Source of the DNA: Gammaproteobacteria bacterium
GTDB lineage: Bacteria > Pseudomonadota > Gammaproteobacteria > CAJXQU01
Direction of reading: 5' to 3'
DNA length: 64,000 nucleotides
NCBI GenBank assembly: GCA_965238175.1
Contig: CBDEGZ010000003.1
Coordinates: 2,272,001-2,336,000, forward strand
The notes under the pieces are model-generated. The model was not told the DNA's origin. It made no database searches and was given only the letters and a program-made list of their open reading frames with translations. A program made the translations under genes and the position numbers. Numbering within the stretch: position 1 is the first letter of the stretch; every line of letters starts with the position of its first letter. Below, piece after piece: positions 30,232-41,546 of the stretch.

Positions 30232-31443
30232 ATGGCGAGTTTGCGGAAATTCCTCGACAAAATAGAACCCTCTTTTCATAAAGGTGGACCTTATGAAAGG
30301 TATTTTGCCGTCTTTGAAATGATCGATACTTTCCTATATACACCGTCTGATGTGACCCGTAATGCACCACACGTGCGTGATGGAATCGATCTGAAACGGG
30401 TCATGAGTTACGTCGTTGTAGCAACGTTACCCGTTATTTTAATGATGCTGTGGAACACAGGTTATCAAGCCAATAGTATTATGACTGAGCAGGGAATGAC
30501 CGAGCTCGAAGGTTGGCGTGGAAGTTTGATTTCCACGTTTAACGTTGGTTTTAATCCCGATAATATGTTTGCAAACATGTTCCATGGCTTGTTGTATTTT
30601 CTACCAATTTATATCACCACGCTCGTAGCAGGTGGCATCTGGGAAGTCTGGTTTGCAGCAGTACGAAACCATGAGGTCAACGAAGGTTTCCTTGTAACTT
30701 CAATGCTTTACACATTAATATTACCTGCTTCAACTCCACTCTGGCAGGTTGCACTAGGCATTTCCTTTGGTGTCGTTATAGGAAAAGAAGTTTTTGGCGG
30801 TACGGGTAAAAACTTTCTCAACCCAGCCCTGACCGGTCGTGCATTTTTATTTTTTGCTTATCCTGCACAACTTTCGGGAGATGCGGTTTGGAACACAATT
30901 GATGGCTATAGTAGCGCCACACCTTTAGCACTTGGTGCGCAAGGTGGCTTGGATGCAATCATGAATGCCGGCTTCACTTGGACACAAACGTTTATCGGCA
31001 ATATGCAAGGCTCTATAGGCGAAACATCAACTTTTGCCTGCCTACTTGGCGCGCTTTTCCTGATTTATACCCGGGTTGCCTCTTACCGAATTATGACTGG
31101 CGTCTTTTTAGGTATGGTTTTTACTACCTACTTATTTAACTTTATCGGCAGCGATACAAATCCAATGTTTTCCTTACCCTGGCATTGGCATCTAACTTTA
31201 GGCGGTTTTGCCTTTGGGATGATCTTCATGGCGACGGATCCTGTTACCGCATCTATGACAGATGCAGGTCGATGGATATACGGTGGGCTAATCGGTTTTA
31301 TGGTGGTGATGATCAGGGTGGTGAACCCTGCCTTCCCAGAGGGCATGATGCTTGCAATACTTTTCGCCAATATATTCGCACCGCTCATCGACTATTTTGT
31401 CGTACGCGCTAATGTTCGACGAAGGTTAAAACGCAATGTCTGA
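30232..31443 (+). CDS. nqrB: Na+-NQR subunit B
   Basis: HVRDGIDLKR, EVNEGF, KEVFGGTGKNFLNPAL, FMATDPV, PEGMMLAILF. Confidence 0.97.
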   Translation: MASLRKFLDKIEPSFHKGGPYERYFAVFEMIDTFLYTPSDVTRNAPHVRDGIDLKRVMSYVVVATLPVILMMLWNTGYQANSIMTEQGMTELEGWRGSLISTFNVGFNPDNMFANMFHGLLYFLPIYITTLVAGGIWEVWFAAVRNHEVNEGFLVTSMLYTLILPASTPLWQVALGISFGVVIGKEVFGGTGKNFLNPALTGRAFLFFAYPAQLSGDAVWNTIDGYSSATPLALGAQGGLDAIMNAGFTWTQTFIGNMQGSIGETSTFACLLGALFLIYTRVASYRIMTGVFLGMVFTTYLFNFIGSDTNPMFSLPWHWHLTLGGFAFGMIFMATDPVTASMTDAGRWIYGGLIGFMVVMIRVVNPAFPEGMMLAILFANIFAPLIDYFVVRANVRRRLKRNV

Positions 31444-32269
31444 TCAAAATCCTATACCTGATCAAAACCAAACTACTCAAAACTCTGGCTTCTTCGATCA
31501 GATCTTAAATTTACCGAACGACAGTACAAAGAAAACGATCATCGTTGCCCTCCTACTATGTTTTGTATGCTCTATTTTAGTCTCCGGTGCAGCAGTCTTA
31601 CTAAAGCCTCTTCAAATTGCTAATAAAAAAGTCGATATAAAAAGTAATATTTTAGCTGTTGCGGATCTAAAAACTGACGATCAAAGCATTGACGAACTGT
31701 TCAAACAGTTTGAGATGAAAGTGGTTGATCTGGAAACGGGTGGCTATGTAGAAGATATTGATGTGGCAAATTTTGATCAAAATAAAGCCTCAAATGATCC
31801 TGAGCAGAGTATTCAATTATCGGGCGATCAAGATATTGCGGGTATTGGTCGTCGAGCCAAATATGCCAAGGTCTACTTGCTGAAAGAAGGTGATGTAACA
31901 AAACAAATTGTATTACCCGTCCATGGCTATGGTCTATGGTCAACTATGTATGGTTTCTTAGCCTTGGAAAGTGATGCAAACACAATTAAGGGCCTTAAAT
32001 TTTATCAACATGCGGAAACACCGGGACTCGGTGGAGAAATAGATAATCCAAAATGGCAAGCCAAATGGGTTGGTAAAAAATTACATGATGACGAAGGTAA
32101 TTTGAAAATTGGCGTGGCTCGCGGTCAAGCTGCTCAAGGTTCTATGCATCAGATAGATGGTCTTTCAGGTGCTACCCTAACCAGTCAGGGTGTTTCTAAC
32201 ATGGTTAAATATTGGCTAAGTGTCGGTGGTTTCGGGCCTTATCTGGAAAAATTACGACCTCACGGTTAG
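31436..32269 (+). CDS. nqrC: Na+-NQR subunit C
   Basis: GYGLWSTMYG, ETPGLGGEI, FMN attachment motif DGLSGATLT. Confidence 0.96.
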   Translation: MSDQNPIPDQNQTTQNSGFFDQILNLPNDSTKKTIIVALLLCFVCSILVSGAAVLLKPLQIANKKVDIKSNILAVADLKTDDQSIDELFKQFEMKVVDLETGGYVEDIDVANFDQNKASNDPEQSIQLSGDQDIAGIGRRAKYAKVYLLKEGDVTKQIVLPVHGYGLWSTMYGFLALESDANTIKGLKFYQHAETPGLGGEIDNPKWQAKWVGKKLHDDEGNLKIGVARGQAAQGSMHQIDGLSGATLTSQGVSNMVKYWLSVGGFGPYLEKLRPHG

Positions 32270-32325
32270 TTAAGGGTTAATTAGCCTTGGTTTTTAACTT
32301 AAATGGATACATAAAGAGATAAAGC

Positions 32326-32988
32326 ATGAGTAGCGAAGCGAAATCTAACGTACTTGATCCACTCATAGATAATAACCCGATCACATTACAAGTATTGGGT
32401 GTCTGTTCAGCATTGGCAGTTACCTCAAATATGATGACAGCACTTATCATGAGTATTGCACTGACCTCGGTTGTCGCCTGCTCCAACGCCTGCATCAGTT
32501 TAATCCGTCACCATATTCCTTCCAATATCAGGATCATCGTTCAAATGACGATTATTGCTTCACTCGTTATTGTTGTTGATCAACTATTAAAAGCCTTTGC
32601 CTATGAGGCGAGTAAATCACTCTCAGTATTCGTTGGTTTAATCATCACAAATTGCATTGTACTTGGCCGAGCTGAAGCTTATGCCATGAAAAACCCGCCT
32701 TTTTTAAGCTTTCTGGATGGTCTGGGCAATGGTCTTGGCTATAGCCTTTTATTAATGGTTGTGGCTTTTTTCAGAGAATTACTGGGTGCCGGGAAACTAT
32801 TTGGTTATCCCGTCTTGACGACAGCCAATGAGGGCGGTTGGTACATCCCGAATGGCTTAATGCTACTACCTCCTAGTGCATTTTTTGTTATCGGTTTATT
32901 GATCTGGGCGGTGAGAAGTTGGAAACCAGAACAAATTGAGTCTCCTGATTATCAGATCCATCAAGTTCATCGTACGGAGGTTCTCTAA
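32326..32988 (+). CDS. nqrD: Na+-NQR subunit D
   Basis: [32 protein letters not shown]. Confidence 0.97.
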   Translation: MSSEAKSNVLDPLIDNNPITLQVLGVCSALAVTSNMMTALIMSIALTSVVACSNACISLIRHHIPSNIRIIVQMTIIASLVIVVDQLLKAFAYEASKSLSVFVGLIITNCIVLGRAEAYAMKNPPFLSFLDGLGNGLGYSLLLMVVAFFRELLGAGKLFGYPVLTTANEGGWYIPNGLMLLPPSAFFVIGLLIWAVRSWKPEQIESPDYQIHQVHRTEVL

Positions 32989-33597
32989 ATGGAGCATTAC
33001 CTCAGCCTGTTTGTTAAATCGATCTTCATTGAAAATCTGGCGCTGTCCTTCTTTTTGGGCATGTGTACCTATCTTGCTGTTTCGAAAAAAATAGAAACAG
33101 CACTAGGCTTAGGCATCGCCGTCATTCTCGTACAAGCAATCACTGTCCCTGCAAATAATATTATTTACCAACATCTGCTAAAAGAAGGTGCTTTAGGTTG
33201 GGCTGGCTTACCCGAGGTGGATCTTAGCTTTCTAGGTTTAATTTGTTACATAGGTGTAATCGCTGCAATGGTACAAATCCTTGAAATGGCGATGGATAGA
33301 TACGCACCCGCTTTATATAACGCGCTTGGTATCTTCCTGCCCTTAATCACTGTCAACTGCGCGATTATGGGTGGTACTTTGTTCATGGTCGAGCGAAATT
33401 ACAATCTGGCTGAAAGTGCTGTTTACGGCGTCGGCAGTGGACTGGGCTGGGCACTGGCTATAACCGCTATTGCAGGCATTAGAGAAAAACTTAAATATTC
33501 AGATGTTCCAGATGGTTTACAAGGTCTGGGGATCACATTCATCACCGCTGGCCTTATGGCACTTGGTTTTATGGCATTTTCTGGAATTCAACTTTAG
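32989..33597 (+). CDS. nqrE: Na+-NQR subunit E
   Basis: [23 protein letters not shown]. Confidence 0.97.
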   Translation: MEHYLSLFVKSIFIENLALSFFLGMCTYLAVSKKIETALGLGIAVILVQAITVPANNIIYQHLLKEGALGWAGLPEVDLSFLGLICYIGVIAAMVQILEMAMDRYAPALYNALGIFLPLITVNCAIMGGTLFMVERNYNLAESAVYGVGSGLGWALAITAIAGIREKLKYSDVPDGLQGLGITFITAGLMALGFMAFSGIQL

Positions 33598-33609
33598 GGA
33601 TCCACGTTA

Positions 33610-34830
33610 ATGGAAATTCTATTAGGTGTAGTACTCTTTACATTCATCATCATGGCGCTGGTGGTTTTGATCATCAATGCAAAAGCCAAACTTGTTCCCA
33701 GTGGTGACATTGAAATATTGATCAATAACGAAAAGACCGTCAAGACACCTGCGGGTAGTAAGTTACTCGGTGCTCTTGCTGATGCAAATTTATTTGTATC
33801 TTCAGCCTGTGGCGGCGGTGGCACTTGTGGTCAATGCAAAGTAAAAATCTTTGAAGGTGGTGGATCAATACTTCCCACAGAAGAATCGCATATCACCAAA
33901 CGCGAAGCCTCAGAAGGAGATCGTCTTTCCTGTCAGGTTGCGGTTAAACAAGACATGAAAATTCAGGTGCCTGAAGAAGTTTTTGGCGTGAAAAAGTGGC
34001 AATGCACCGTCAAATCAAATCACAATATGGCGACCTTCATCAAAGAATTAGTCTTACAACTACCTGATGGTGAGAATGTCGATTTTAGAGCAGGTGGTTA
34101 TATCCAAATTGAATGCCCACCTCATCATATAAAATATAAAGATTTTGACATTGAAGAAGAATACCGTGAAGACTGGGATCGTTTTGATCTGTGGCGTTAC
34201 GAATCTATTGTTGATAAAGATGTAACCCGTGCTTATTCGATGGCCAATTACCCTGAAGAAAAAGGCATCATTATGCTGAATGTGCGGATCGCATCACCTC
34301 CTCCAGGGGCAAGTGACGACGTAGCACCAGGTCAAATGTCTTCTTATATCTACAATTTAAAACCAGGCGATAAAGTCACGATAGCTGGACCGTTCGGGGA
34401 ATTTTTTGCAAAAGATACTGAAAACGAAATGGTTTTTATTGGTGGCGGTGCGGGTATGGCGCCGATGCGATCACATATTTTTGATCAACTTGGTCGCTTG
34501 AAATCGAAACGCAAAGTCAGCTTTTGGTATGGTGCTCGCAGTTTGAGAGAAATGTTCTACGTAGAAGATTTTGATCAACTACAAGAACAGAACGATAATT
34601 TCAAATGGCATGTGGCGTTGTCTGACGCCATGCCCGAAGATAATTGGGAAGGTTATACTGGCTTTATTCATAATGTTCTTAAAGATAATTATTTAAAACA
34701 GCACCCTGCCCCTGAAGATTGCGAATACTATATGTGTGGGCCACCAATGATGAATGCTGCTGTTATCAGTATGTTAGAAGATCTTGGTGTTGAACGAGAT
34801 CATATATTCCTTGATGACTTTGGTGGCTAA
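33610..34830 (+). CDS. nqrF: Na+-NQR subunit F
   Basis: 2Fe-2S motif [33 protein letters not shown] end. Confidence 0.97.
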   Translation: MEILLGVVLFTFIIMALVVLIINAKAKLVPSGDIEILINNEKTVKTPAGSKLLGALADANLFVSSACGGGGTCGQCKVKIFEGGGSILPTEESHITKREASEGDRLSCQVAVKQDMKIQVPEEVFGVKKWQCTVKSNHNMATFIKELVLQLPDGENVDFRAGGYIQIECPPHHIKYKDFDIEEEYREDWDRFDLWRYESIVDKDVTRAYSMANYPEEKGIIMLNVRIASPPPGASDDVAPGQMSSYIYNLKPGDKVTIAGPFGEFFAKDTENEMVFIGGGAGMAPMRSHIFDQLGRLKSKRKVSFWYGARSLREMFYVEDFDQLQEQNDNFKWHVALSDAMPEDNWEGYTGFIHNVLKDNYLKQHPAPEDCEYYMCGPPMMNAAVISMLEDLGVERDHIFLDDFGG

Positions 34831-34879
34831 AACGTAACAAACAACTAAATATTAACAAGCAACAACGGCGTAAAACTAA

Positions 34880-35074
34880 ATGACTACTTTTTTGATCGCA
34901 TTTTTCATTATTGGTATTGCGATTGTCGGAATGGCAATCGGCGTTATCGTCGGCAGACCAGCAATAAAAGGTAGCTGTGGTGGACTGAACCAACTTGGGC
35001 TAAACCAGAGTGACTGTGCATGCTCAGAGCAGAAAAAGAAAGTTTGTCCGAAAAGGATTATTATACAAGAATAA
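34880..35074 (+). CDS. nqrM: Na+-NQR maturation factor NqrM (DUF539)
   Basis: Single TM, MAIGVI..IKGSCGGL, C-x-C. Confidence 0.85.
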   Translation: MTTFLIAFFIIGIAIVGMAIGVIVGRPAIKGSCGGLNQLGLNQSDCACSEQKKKVCPKRIIIQE

Positions 35075-35120
35075 GACTTACTAACTAAAGAGTTGCACAC
35101 CTTTATAAGGAGAACAATCC

Positions 35121-35540
35121 ATGCTTGCATCAATAAAAGTTAAGGAGTACATGGGAAGAACCAGAACTACATTCACGCCTGATATGGATGTTTTACGCGC
35201 TATACATATCCTTATTGAACAAAAAATTTCCGGTGCACCTGTTATTGACGACCATGGCAATCTTGTCGGTTTTCTATCAGAGAAAGATTGTATGAAAGTT
35301 GCTCTAAATGCGGGTTATCATGGTGAATCTGGTGGTCGAGTATCAGAATTTATGGCAAATGAAATCCAGACCATAGACGTAGAAACACCTATCATCGAGC
35401 TCGCTGAGTTTTTCCTTAAATCTCCTTTTAGACGATATCCTGTTGTTGAAGATAATCGACTGGTTGGTGCGGTAAGCCGACGGGATGTACTGATGGCATT
35501 AGAAGTAATGTCAGCACCAGAGGCCAATAAGAAACAATAA
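35121..35540 (+). CDS. CBS-domain pair protein
   Basis: ISGAPVID..LVGFLSEKDC, RRYPVVE..LVGAVSRRDVL. Confidence 0.9.
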   Translation: MLASIKVKEYMGRTRTTFTPDMDVLRAIHILIEQKISGAPVIDDHGNLVGFLSEKDCMKVALNAGYHGESGGRVSEFMANEIQTIDVETPIIELAEFFLKSPFRRYPVVEDNRLVGAVSRRDVLMALEVMSAPEANKKQ

Positions 35541-35711
35541 AGTATAAAAACAGAGCCTATACTGATTTTTTGTAGTCAAAAATGCATCAAAAAGTTGCTA
35601 TATTTTGTTTAAGGTGATTGTTTTCTATCGCTTTGTAATTTATTCTTAACACTTGGGAGTTGTGTAACTCCCTGCTATATATAATTCTAATATTAATAAA
35701 GGGGAATCTTT

Positions 35712-36011
35712 ATGAAAAAGTCATATATATCTTTAGGAGCAGTTGCTGGTATCGCTATCTTAGTTGCATCTTGTGCAGGTGGTGGTAGTGGCACAATGAG
35801 TGCCATGACTTCTTCTGAAGTTGCTGCAATGAAAAGCCAGACGACTGGCGTAGATACACAAGGTAATGTTGTCGAGCTGGGCGAATTCTTCACTTATGGT
35901 GGCGATAACATGGCTGAATACAACGGTGGTACGATAGCCACTGGTGCGAAAGATCCAGCAGTTTGCGGTTCATTCTCAGCAGCAAAATGCAGTGTTGGTC
36001 ACCTGAAATAA
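35712..36011 (+). CDS. Small hypothetical lipoprotein (99 aa)
   Basis: SD AAGGGG, lipobox LVASC, Gly/Ser linker, C-terminal Cys pair, own terminator. Confidence 0.75.
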   Translation: MKKSYISLGAVAGIAILVASCAGGGSGTMSAMTSSEVAAMKSQTTGVDTQGNVVELGEFFTYGGDNMAEYNGGTIATGAKDPAVCGSFSAAKCSVGHLK

Positions 36012-36035
36012 GATCATTTCATGAGATTATTAAAT

Positions 36036-36067
36036 AACGCCCGGTTTACAACCGGGCGTTTTTGTTT
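36036..36067 (+). terminator. Rho-independent terminator
   Basis: AACGCCCGGTT-tac-AACCGGGCGTT followed by a T-rich tail. Confidence 0.88.
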
Positions 36068-36093
36068 AGAAAAAAAACCTAAAACTCACATCA

Positions 36094-36903
36094 GTGGAAT
36101 CAGATCCTTTTAGTCTTAGCCAGCTTCTACACACATTTAAAAATCCTAAGCTTAACCAATACTTTTGGTCTTCAATAGAAAAGATTTTCGGATTAAAAAA
36201 GACTTCTGAATTACATAAATCTATCGAACACAAAACTTCTGCTCCTGATTACATTAAATCAGTCCTTGAAAAACTTGATATCCGATATCAAATACATACA
36301 AAAACAAAAATACCCAACAAGGATCCTTTATTGATTCTTTGTAACCATCCCTTTGGCGCATTAGAAGCTTTGATTCTTTTCAATTACCTTTACGAGTCCA
36401 GATCAGACTTGCGAATAATTGCAAATCTCTTTCTAAAAAGGATCTATCCCCTATCAAACATATTATTTGGTGTTTTACCTTTCAAAGATAAATGCGCAAA
36501 AAAACAAAATATAAAAGTGATGTTGGAAATATCACGTTGGCTTGATAATGGCAATTCTCTGATCTGCTTCCCCGCAGGTGATGTATCGCACCTACAGTTT
36601 AAACCAATATCTATAAGAGATGGTTTATGGGAGAAACAAATTGCAAAATTAGCAAGAACCAGCAACTCAAATGTTTTGCCTATATATATTGAAGGCAGAA
36701 ATAGTCTATGGTTTTATCTTCTAAGCACTCAATTTCATGCGCTTAGATATGCCCTGGAACTATTAAACAAAAAGGGGAACACAATCAAAATACATATTGG
36801 TGATGTGATTGTTCCAGAGAATTTTAATTCTTATCCATCAGATATAGATCTGATTAAGTTCTTTCGAGATAAAAACAATCAGTTATCTGAGTTTCAAACC
36901 TGA
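36094..36903 (+). CDS. PlsC-like acyltransferase (N-terminal half of OlsF/hemolysin-type proteins; no GNAT domain)
   Basis: CNHPFGALE, FPAGDVS, VLPIYIEGRNS. Confidence 0.7.
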   Translation: MESDPFSLSQLLHTFKNPKLNQYFWSSIEKIFGLKKTSELHKSIEHKTSAPDYIKSVLEKLDIRYQIHTKTKIPNKDPLLILCNHPFGALEALILFNYLYESRSDLRIIANLFLKRIYPLSNILFGVLPFKDKCAKKQNIKVMLEISRWLDNGNSLICFPAGDVSHLQFKPISIRDGLWEKQIAKLARTSNSNVLPIYIEGRNSLWFYLLSTQFHALRYALELLNKKGNTIKIHIGDVIVPENFNSYPSDIDLIKFFRDKNNQLSEFQT

Positions 36904-39900
36904 CTGATCAGATACTTCAACCCATATTTTTTCCAATCTTTTTACAGAAATTGGACAACTTGTTCCGAGTTCCTGAGCAAATAACGATACTCGCAGTTCC
37001 TCTATCATCCATCGATAATTTTCATATTGTTCTGTTTTATCTCCATGTTCTAAATACCGCATCCAAAATTTAGAAACAGATAATGCTAAACCTTTATCTT
37101 TTTCAGGATCTCGATCAAATTTATCTAATCGTTTATCTATTGCGTTTAAATAACGTGGGATCTGTTGCAACCACTCAACTTTCGTCTGACTAATAAAACC
37201 AGGATAAATCAGATGATCAAGCTGCTCTTGAATTTCTTGTAAAACATTTAACCAGGTTAATGACGTTTTTCCGGATAGTCGTTTTTTGATTTTATGGAAT
37301 GCTTCTAGTGCTTCCTTGCTTGATTTGCAAATATCATTCGCCACAGAAATCAACTCCCCTCTTCCCTTTTCCAACCGCTGATTAAATTCATTTTGATTGC
37401 GAATTTCTATTTTATCAAAAAGAAAAGTCTGAACAATAATCGCATTAACCAAGTCCTCTTTTAATTGTTCTTTTTTACCAACAGATGAAAATAATAAACA
37501 CATTTTATCAAAGCTTGATAAATTTTTTCTTAAATATTTTATTTGTTCTGGTATCGAAATTTCGATTAATTTAATCAAACCCTGATGATTAACTTTAACC
37601 GCTTTTTCTTTTGTATCCTGAACCTGAATTGAAATCGAACCATTGTTAAAAACCAGTGATGGGTATCCACGTAATGGCATTCCGTGTCTGGTTGTCTCAA
37701 CTATTTCAGGCAAGTCCCCAAAATCCCATGCCTTTATACCATCTCGTTCAATTTTCCAATGTGTATGATCAGAAAATGTTTGCTCTACTTCACCGACCAG
37801 CTTGTTTTGCAATCGTTCTAAATTACGCCCCTCAGAAACTGCTTTGCCATTTGTATCGATCACTCTAAAATTCATGTGCAAATGAACAGGTATTTTAGTT
37901 TGATCCCAATCGGCAATTTTAATCTGAATACCTGTCATCTTTTTTAAATGATCAGACATACTCATAAATAAGTTACCTTTTCGATAAGATAAACTATTAC
38001 AACATGCTTCAGAAAAGTTAGGTGCAGGTACGAAATTACGTCGAAGTTGTTTAGGCAACGAACGAATAAGCTCGGTAATTTTTTCTCCGATCAATCCTGG
38101 CACTAACCAATCAAAATAATCAGAATGTAGTTGATTTAAAACTGCCATCGGTACGGATAAGGTCACCCCATCATCTTTTGATCCAGGTTTGAAGTGATAG
38201 CTTAATGGTAAATCCATTCCTAAAATAGATATCGTTTCTGGTAACGCTTGTTCACATATCTTCTCCGCATCCTCTCTAATCAAAAATTCTCGATCAAAAA
38301 ATAAAATTTGCGGATCTTTTTTCACAAACTCTCGATACCATTTTTCTAGTCCTAAAACATTATTCACATCCTGTGGGATTTTTTGATCATAAAAATCAAA
38401 TTGTGTTTGATCGTCAATCAAAATATCAAGCCGGCGTGATCGATGTTCCATTGATTCGATCTCTACTAGCAACTTTTTATTATGTTTGAAAAAAGCGAGG
38501 CGTGAATGCGTTTCTCCATTAACCAATGCACCTTGAATAAATAATCGTCGAGATTCAACTGGATCAATTGGTGCAAAATTCACCTTACGATCAACCGAAA
38601 GAATTAGTCCATACAAGACTATCTTCTCTAATGCTAAAACACATCCCGATTTTTTTGACCAATAGGCATCTGAATAACTACGTTTTACTAGATTTCCAGC
38701 AATTTTTATAACCCACTCTGGCTCAATTTTCGCATTGATTCTTGCATACAATTTCGTCGTCTCAACCAACTCAGTAGACATCATCCATTTTGGTGTTTTT
38801 TTAAACTGTCCTGATCCTGGAAAAATAAAAAACTTAATCCCTCTCGCTCCGATATACTCTTTTCTATCAGATAAAAAACCAATATTTCCGAGCAATCCAC
38901 TCAGCAAAGCACGATGCACAGCATCTTTATTTGCTGGCTGCTTGTTGATCAAAAAACCAAGATCGCCAGACAGACCTTTCAACTGTCTATGAATGTCGTA
39001 CCATTCACGCATACGCATATAATTAAGAAAATTTGTTCGACATAATTTACGTAATTTATTTTGTGATATTTGTTCCTTTTGTTGTTGATAAAACTCCCAT
39101 AAATTTAAGAGCCATATAAAGTCAGAATCTTCATCAGAAAACTTAGCATGTGCTTCATCCGCTTGCTGCATTTTTTCCATCGGTTTATCACGCACATCTT
39201 GTACGCTCAACGCACTGGCGATGATCAGAATTTCTGTCATGCAATTTTGATCATGCGCCGCTAAAATCATTCGTCCTATACGAGGATCCACAGGCAACTT
39301 GGCTAATTTATTTCCTATTGATGTTAAATTTCTGGAATGATCAACAGCACCAAGTTCTTCAAGTAGTTTATAGCCATCACTGATATAACGACCATCCGGT
39401 GGTTCTACAAATGGGAAATCTTCAATATCTCCAAAATGTAACGAAGACAGTTGTAAAATAACAGATGCTAAACTGGTTCGTTTTATTTCCGGATCAGTAA
39501 ACATCGGTCGAGCATTAAAATCATCTTCAGAATATAAGCGTATACAAACGCCTTCACTGACTCGTCCACAACGACCTTTCCGCTGGTTTGCTGAGGCTTG
39601 AGAAATATTTTCAATTGGTAAGCGCTGTACTTTGCTTCGAGGGTTGTAGCGACTTATCCGTGCAAAACCTGGATCAATTACATAACGTATCCCTGGAACT
39701 GTGAGTGATGTTTCGGCAACATTTGTTGCTAAAATAATGTGCCGCTTTTTATGTGCTTGGAAAATTAAATTTTGTTCTGCCGTGCCTTGCTTTGCATACA
39801 AAGCAATGACTTCAGTATTTTTCAAATTGTGTTTGCGTAGACTTTCCATCGTCTCACGAATGTCTCGTTCACCGGAAAGAAAGATCAAAATATCACCTTG

Positions 39901-40758
39901 GTCAAAATGCGATATTTCATCTACGGCCTCTTTAATTCCTTGTTGAAGATCTTTTTCGTTATCAACCCCTTCTGGCCCAGGTTCAATTAATGGTCGGTAT
40001 TGCAATTCAACAGGGAAAGTTCGACCAGATACTTCGATGATGGGAGCATTATTAAAGTGTCGTGAGAAACGTTCCGGATCAATGGTTGCTGAAGTAATAA
40101 TTATTTTTAGATCGGGTCGTCTGGAAAGCAATGTTTTTAAATAACCCATTAAAAAATCAATGTTAAGACTACGTTCGTGTGCCTCATCTATGATCAACGT
40201 ATCATAAGCATCTAAAAAACGATCACCCTGTGTTTCTGCAAGCAAGATCCCATCAGTCATCACCTTGATAGCCGTTTGAGAACTTACCTGATCATTGAAA
40301 CGAATTTTATAACCAACAATCTTACCAAGCTGACTTTTCATTTCGTCTGCAACACGTGCAGCGACGGTTCTGGCCGCTATTCGACGAGGTTGAGTGTGAC
40401 CGATAAGTCCCGTTACACCGCGGCCCATATCCAGGCAAATTTTCGGTAACTGGGTGGATTTTCCAGAACCCGTTTCACCACAAATAATCACAACCTGGTT
40501 ATCCGAAATCGCTTTGCGAATTTCTTCTCGCTTACCACTAATTGGTAATTCTTCTGGGAATTTGATATTAGGTATGTTTTTTTTACGTAATTCAACCTGT
40601 TCGGAAGAAACTAATATTTGATCTTCAAGTTGCTGCAAGGCAGAAACATTACCTTCGTTGCCTGTTTGTTTTTTTAGCCGTGATAAACGTTGTCGAAATT
40701 TATGCCGATCAAACTGCATACAGTTTTCAATGTTTTTAGCGAGCTGTGTTAAATCCAT
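36883..40758 (-). CDS. hrpA: ATP-dependent RNA helicase HrpA
   Basis: GETGSGKSTQLPK, DEAHERS, SAT, QRKGRCGR; C-terminal WMIEELRVSLFAQELGT. Confidence 0.96.
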   Translation of the reverse strand: MDLTQLAKNIENCMQFDRHKFRQRLSRLKKQTGNEGNVSALQQLEDQILVSSEQVELRKKNIPNIKFPEELPISGKREEIRKAISDNQVVIICGETGSGKSTQLPKICLDMGRGVTGLIGHTQPRRIAARTVAARVADEMKSQLGKIVGYKIRFNDQVSSQTAIKVMTDGILLAETQGDRFLDAYDTLIIDEAHERSLNIDFLMGYLKTLLSRRPDLKIIITSATIDPERFSRHFNNAPIIEVSGRTFPVELQYRPLIEPGPEGVDNEKDLQQGIKEAVDEISHFDQGDILIFLSGERDIRETMESLRKHNLKNTEVIALYAKQGTAEQNLIFQAHKKRHIILATNVAETSLTVPGIRYVIDPGFARISRYNPRSKVQRLPIENISQASANQRKGRCGRVSEGVCIRLYSEDDFNARPMFTDPEIKRTSLASVILQLSSLHFGDIEDFPFVEPPDGRYISDGYKLLEELGAVDHSRNLTSIGNKLAKLPVDPRIGRMILAAHDQNCMTEILIIASALSVQDVRDKPMEKMQQADEAHAKFSDEDSDFIWLLNLWEFYQQQKEQISQNKLRKLCRTNFLNYMRMREWYDIHRQLKGLSGDLGFLINKQPANKDAVHRALLSGLLGNIGFLSDRKEYIGARGIKFFIFPGSGQFKKTPKWMMSTELVETTKLYARINAKIEPEWVIKIAGNLVKRSYSDAYWSKKSGCVLALEKIVLYGLILSVDRKVNFAPIDPVESRRLFIQGALVNGETHSRLAFFKHNKKLLVEIESMEHRSRRLDILIDDQTQFDFYDQKIPQDVNNVLGLEKWYREFVKKDPQILFFDREFLIREDAEKICEQALPETISILGMDLPLSYHFKPGSKDDGVTLSVPMAVLNQLHSDYFDWLVPGLIGEKITELIRSLPKQLRRNFVPAPNFSEACCNSLSYRKGNLFMSMSDHLKKMTGIQIKIADWDQTKIPVHLHMNFRVIDTNGKAVSEGRNLERLQNKLVGEVEQTFSDHTHWKIERDGIKAWDFGDLPEIVETTRHGMPLRGYPSLVFNNGSISIQVQDTKEKAVKVNHQGLIKLIEISIPEQIKYLRKNLSSFDKMCLLFSSVGKKEQLKEDLVNAIIVQTFLFDKIEIRNQNEFNQRLEKGRGELISVANDICKSSKEALEAFHKIKKRLSGKTSLTWLNVLQEIQEQLDHLIYPGFISQTKVEWLQQIPRYLNAIDKRLDKFDRDPEKDKGLALSVSKFWMRYLEHGDKTEQYENYRWMIEELRVSLFAQELGTSCPISVKRLEKIWVEVSDQSGLKLR

Positions 40759-40869
40759 TTGGTTTCAATTATTTTAGAGGTACATCAAGTAATGGTAACG
40801 CAACGAAATACATTAATATTGAAATTAAAAAATTCCTAAAAAGTTTAGCTCTAAGCCAGCCTTGCATAT

Positions 40870-41419
40870 TTACAATATGGTAATTCGTCTTGCAGAAAAA
40901 ACAATCGCGCTTGGTGCCGTTGCAACAAGGATCCTCCAGCTGATTGGTGAAAACAAAATCATAATAGATAGTCCAACGCCTAACCAGTGAACGAAACTGA
41001 TCTCATGATTAAATGTGTCTTTACTTATACATGAGACTAAAAATAAATGAGGTAGCGTTCCAATAAGCTGCCGATACCTCTTATGCAAACCCCATGTCTG
41101 TATCGCTAGCAAAATCATAAAACTGTCAAAGAATAAAAAGACTAAATAATGAATGTAAGCAGCAGCCCGTTTAATCGGCACAGCACCAAAAAGTAGACGT
41201 AAAATAACAAGTGAAAGTGCCGTCATATAGGTGGAGATCGCTTCTGTTAGCCACCAGATCGCTATCCAAACCGCAATTACAGCCGTGACCCTCCCTCATA
41301 GAAAACGAAATTTCAGAACCTTGAGCATCCGAATAAGTTACTGGCAATAATATGTAGGTGACCAGACCCAACATAGAACTTGTACTTAACCCAACCCACG
41401 GGATTATATTCTTTAACAT
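40870..41419 (-). pseudogene. Decayed, truncated DASS/SLC13 (Na+:dicarboxylate/sulfate symporter) gene
   Basis: Frame-shifted fragments read AVWIAIWWLTEAISTYMTAL..LVFLFFDSFMILLAIQTWGLHKR, the N-terminal DASS signature (WW.TEA..; FLF.GGF..A..WGLH.R). Confidence 0.72.
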
Positions 41420-41546
41420 TTTATGTATCTGTGCTTGCCACATGCCGTTATAATAGCTCCCCAATTGAGTAATTTATCACACATTGCAACCTGGATCGGT
41501 AAGCTTTTTGCATAGGTATCTTTAGTCTGGGCTATAAAAAATATAT

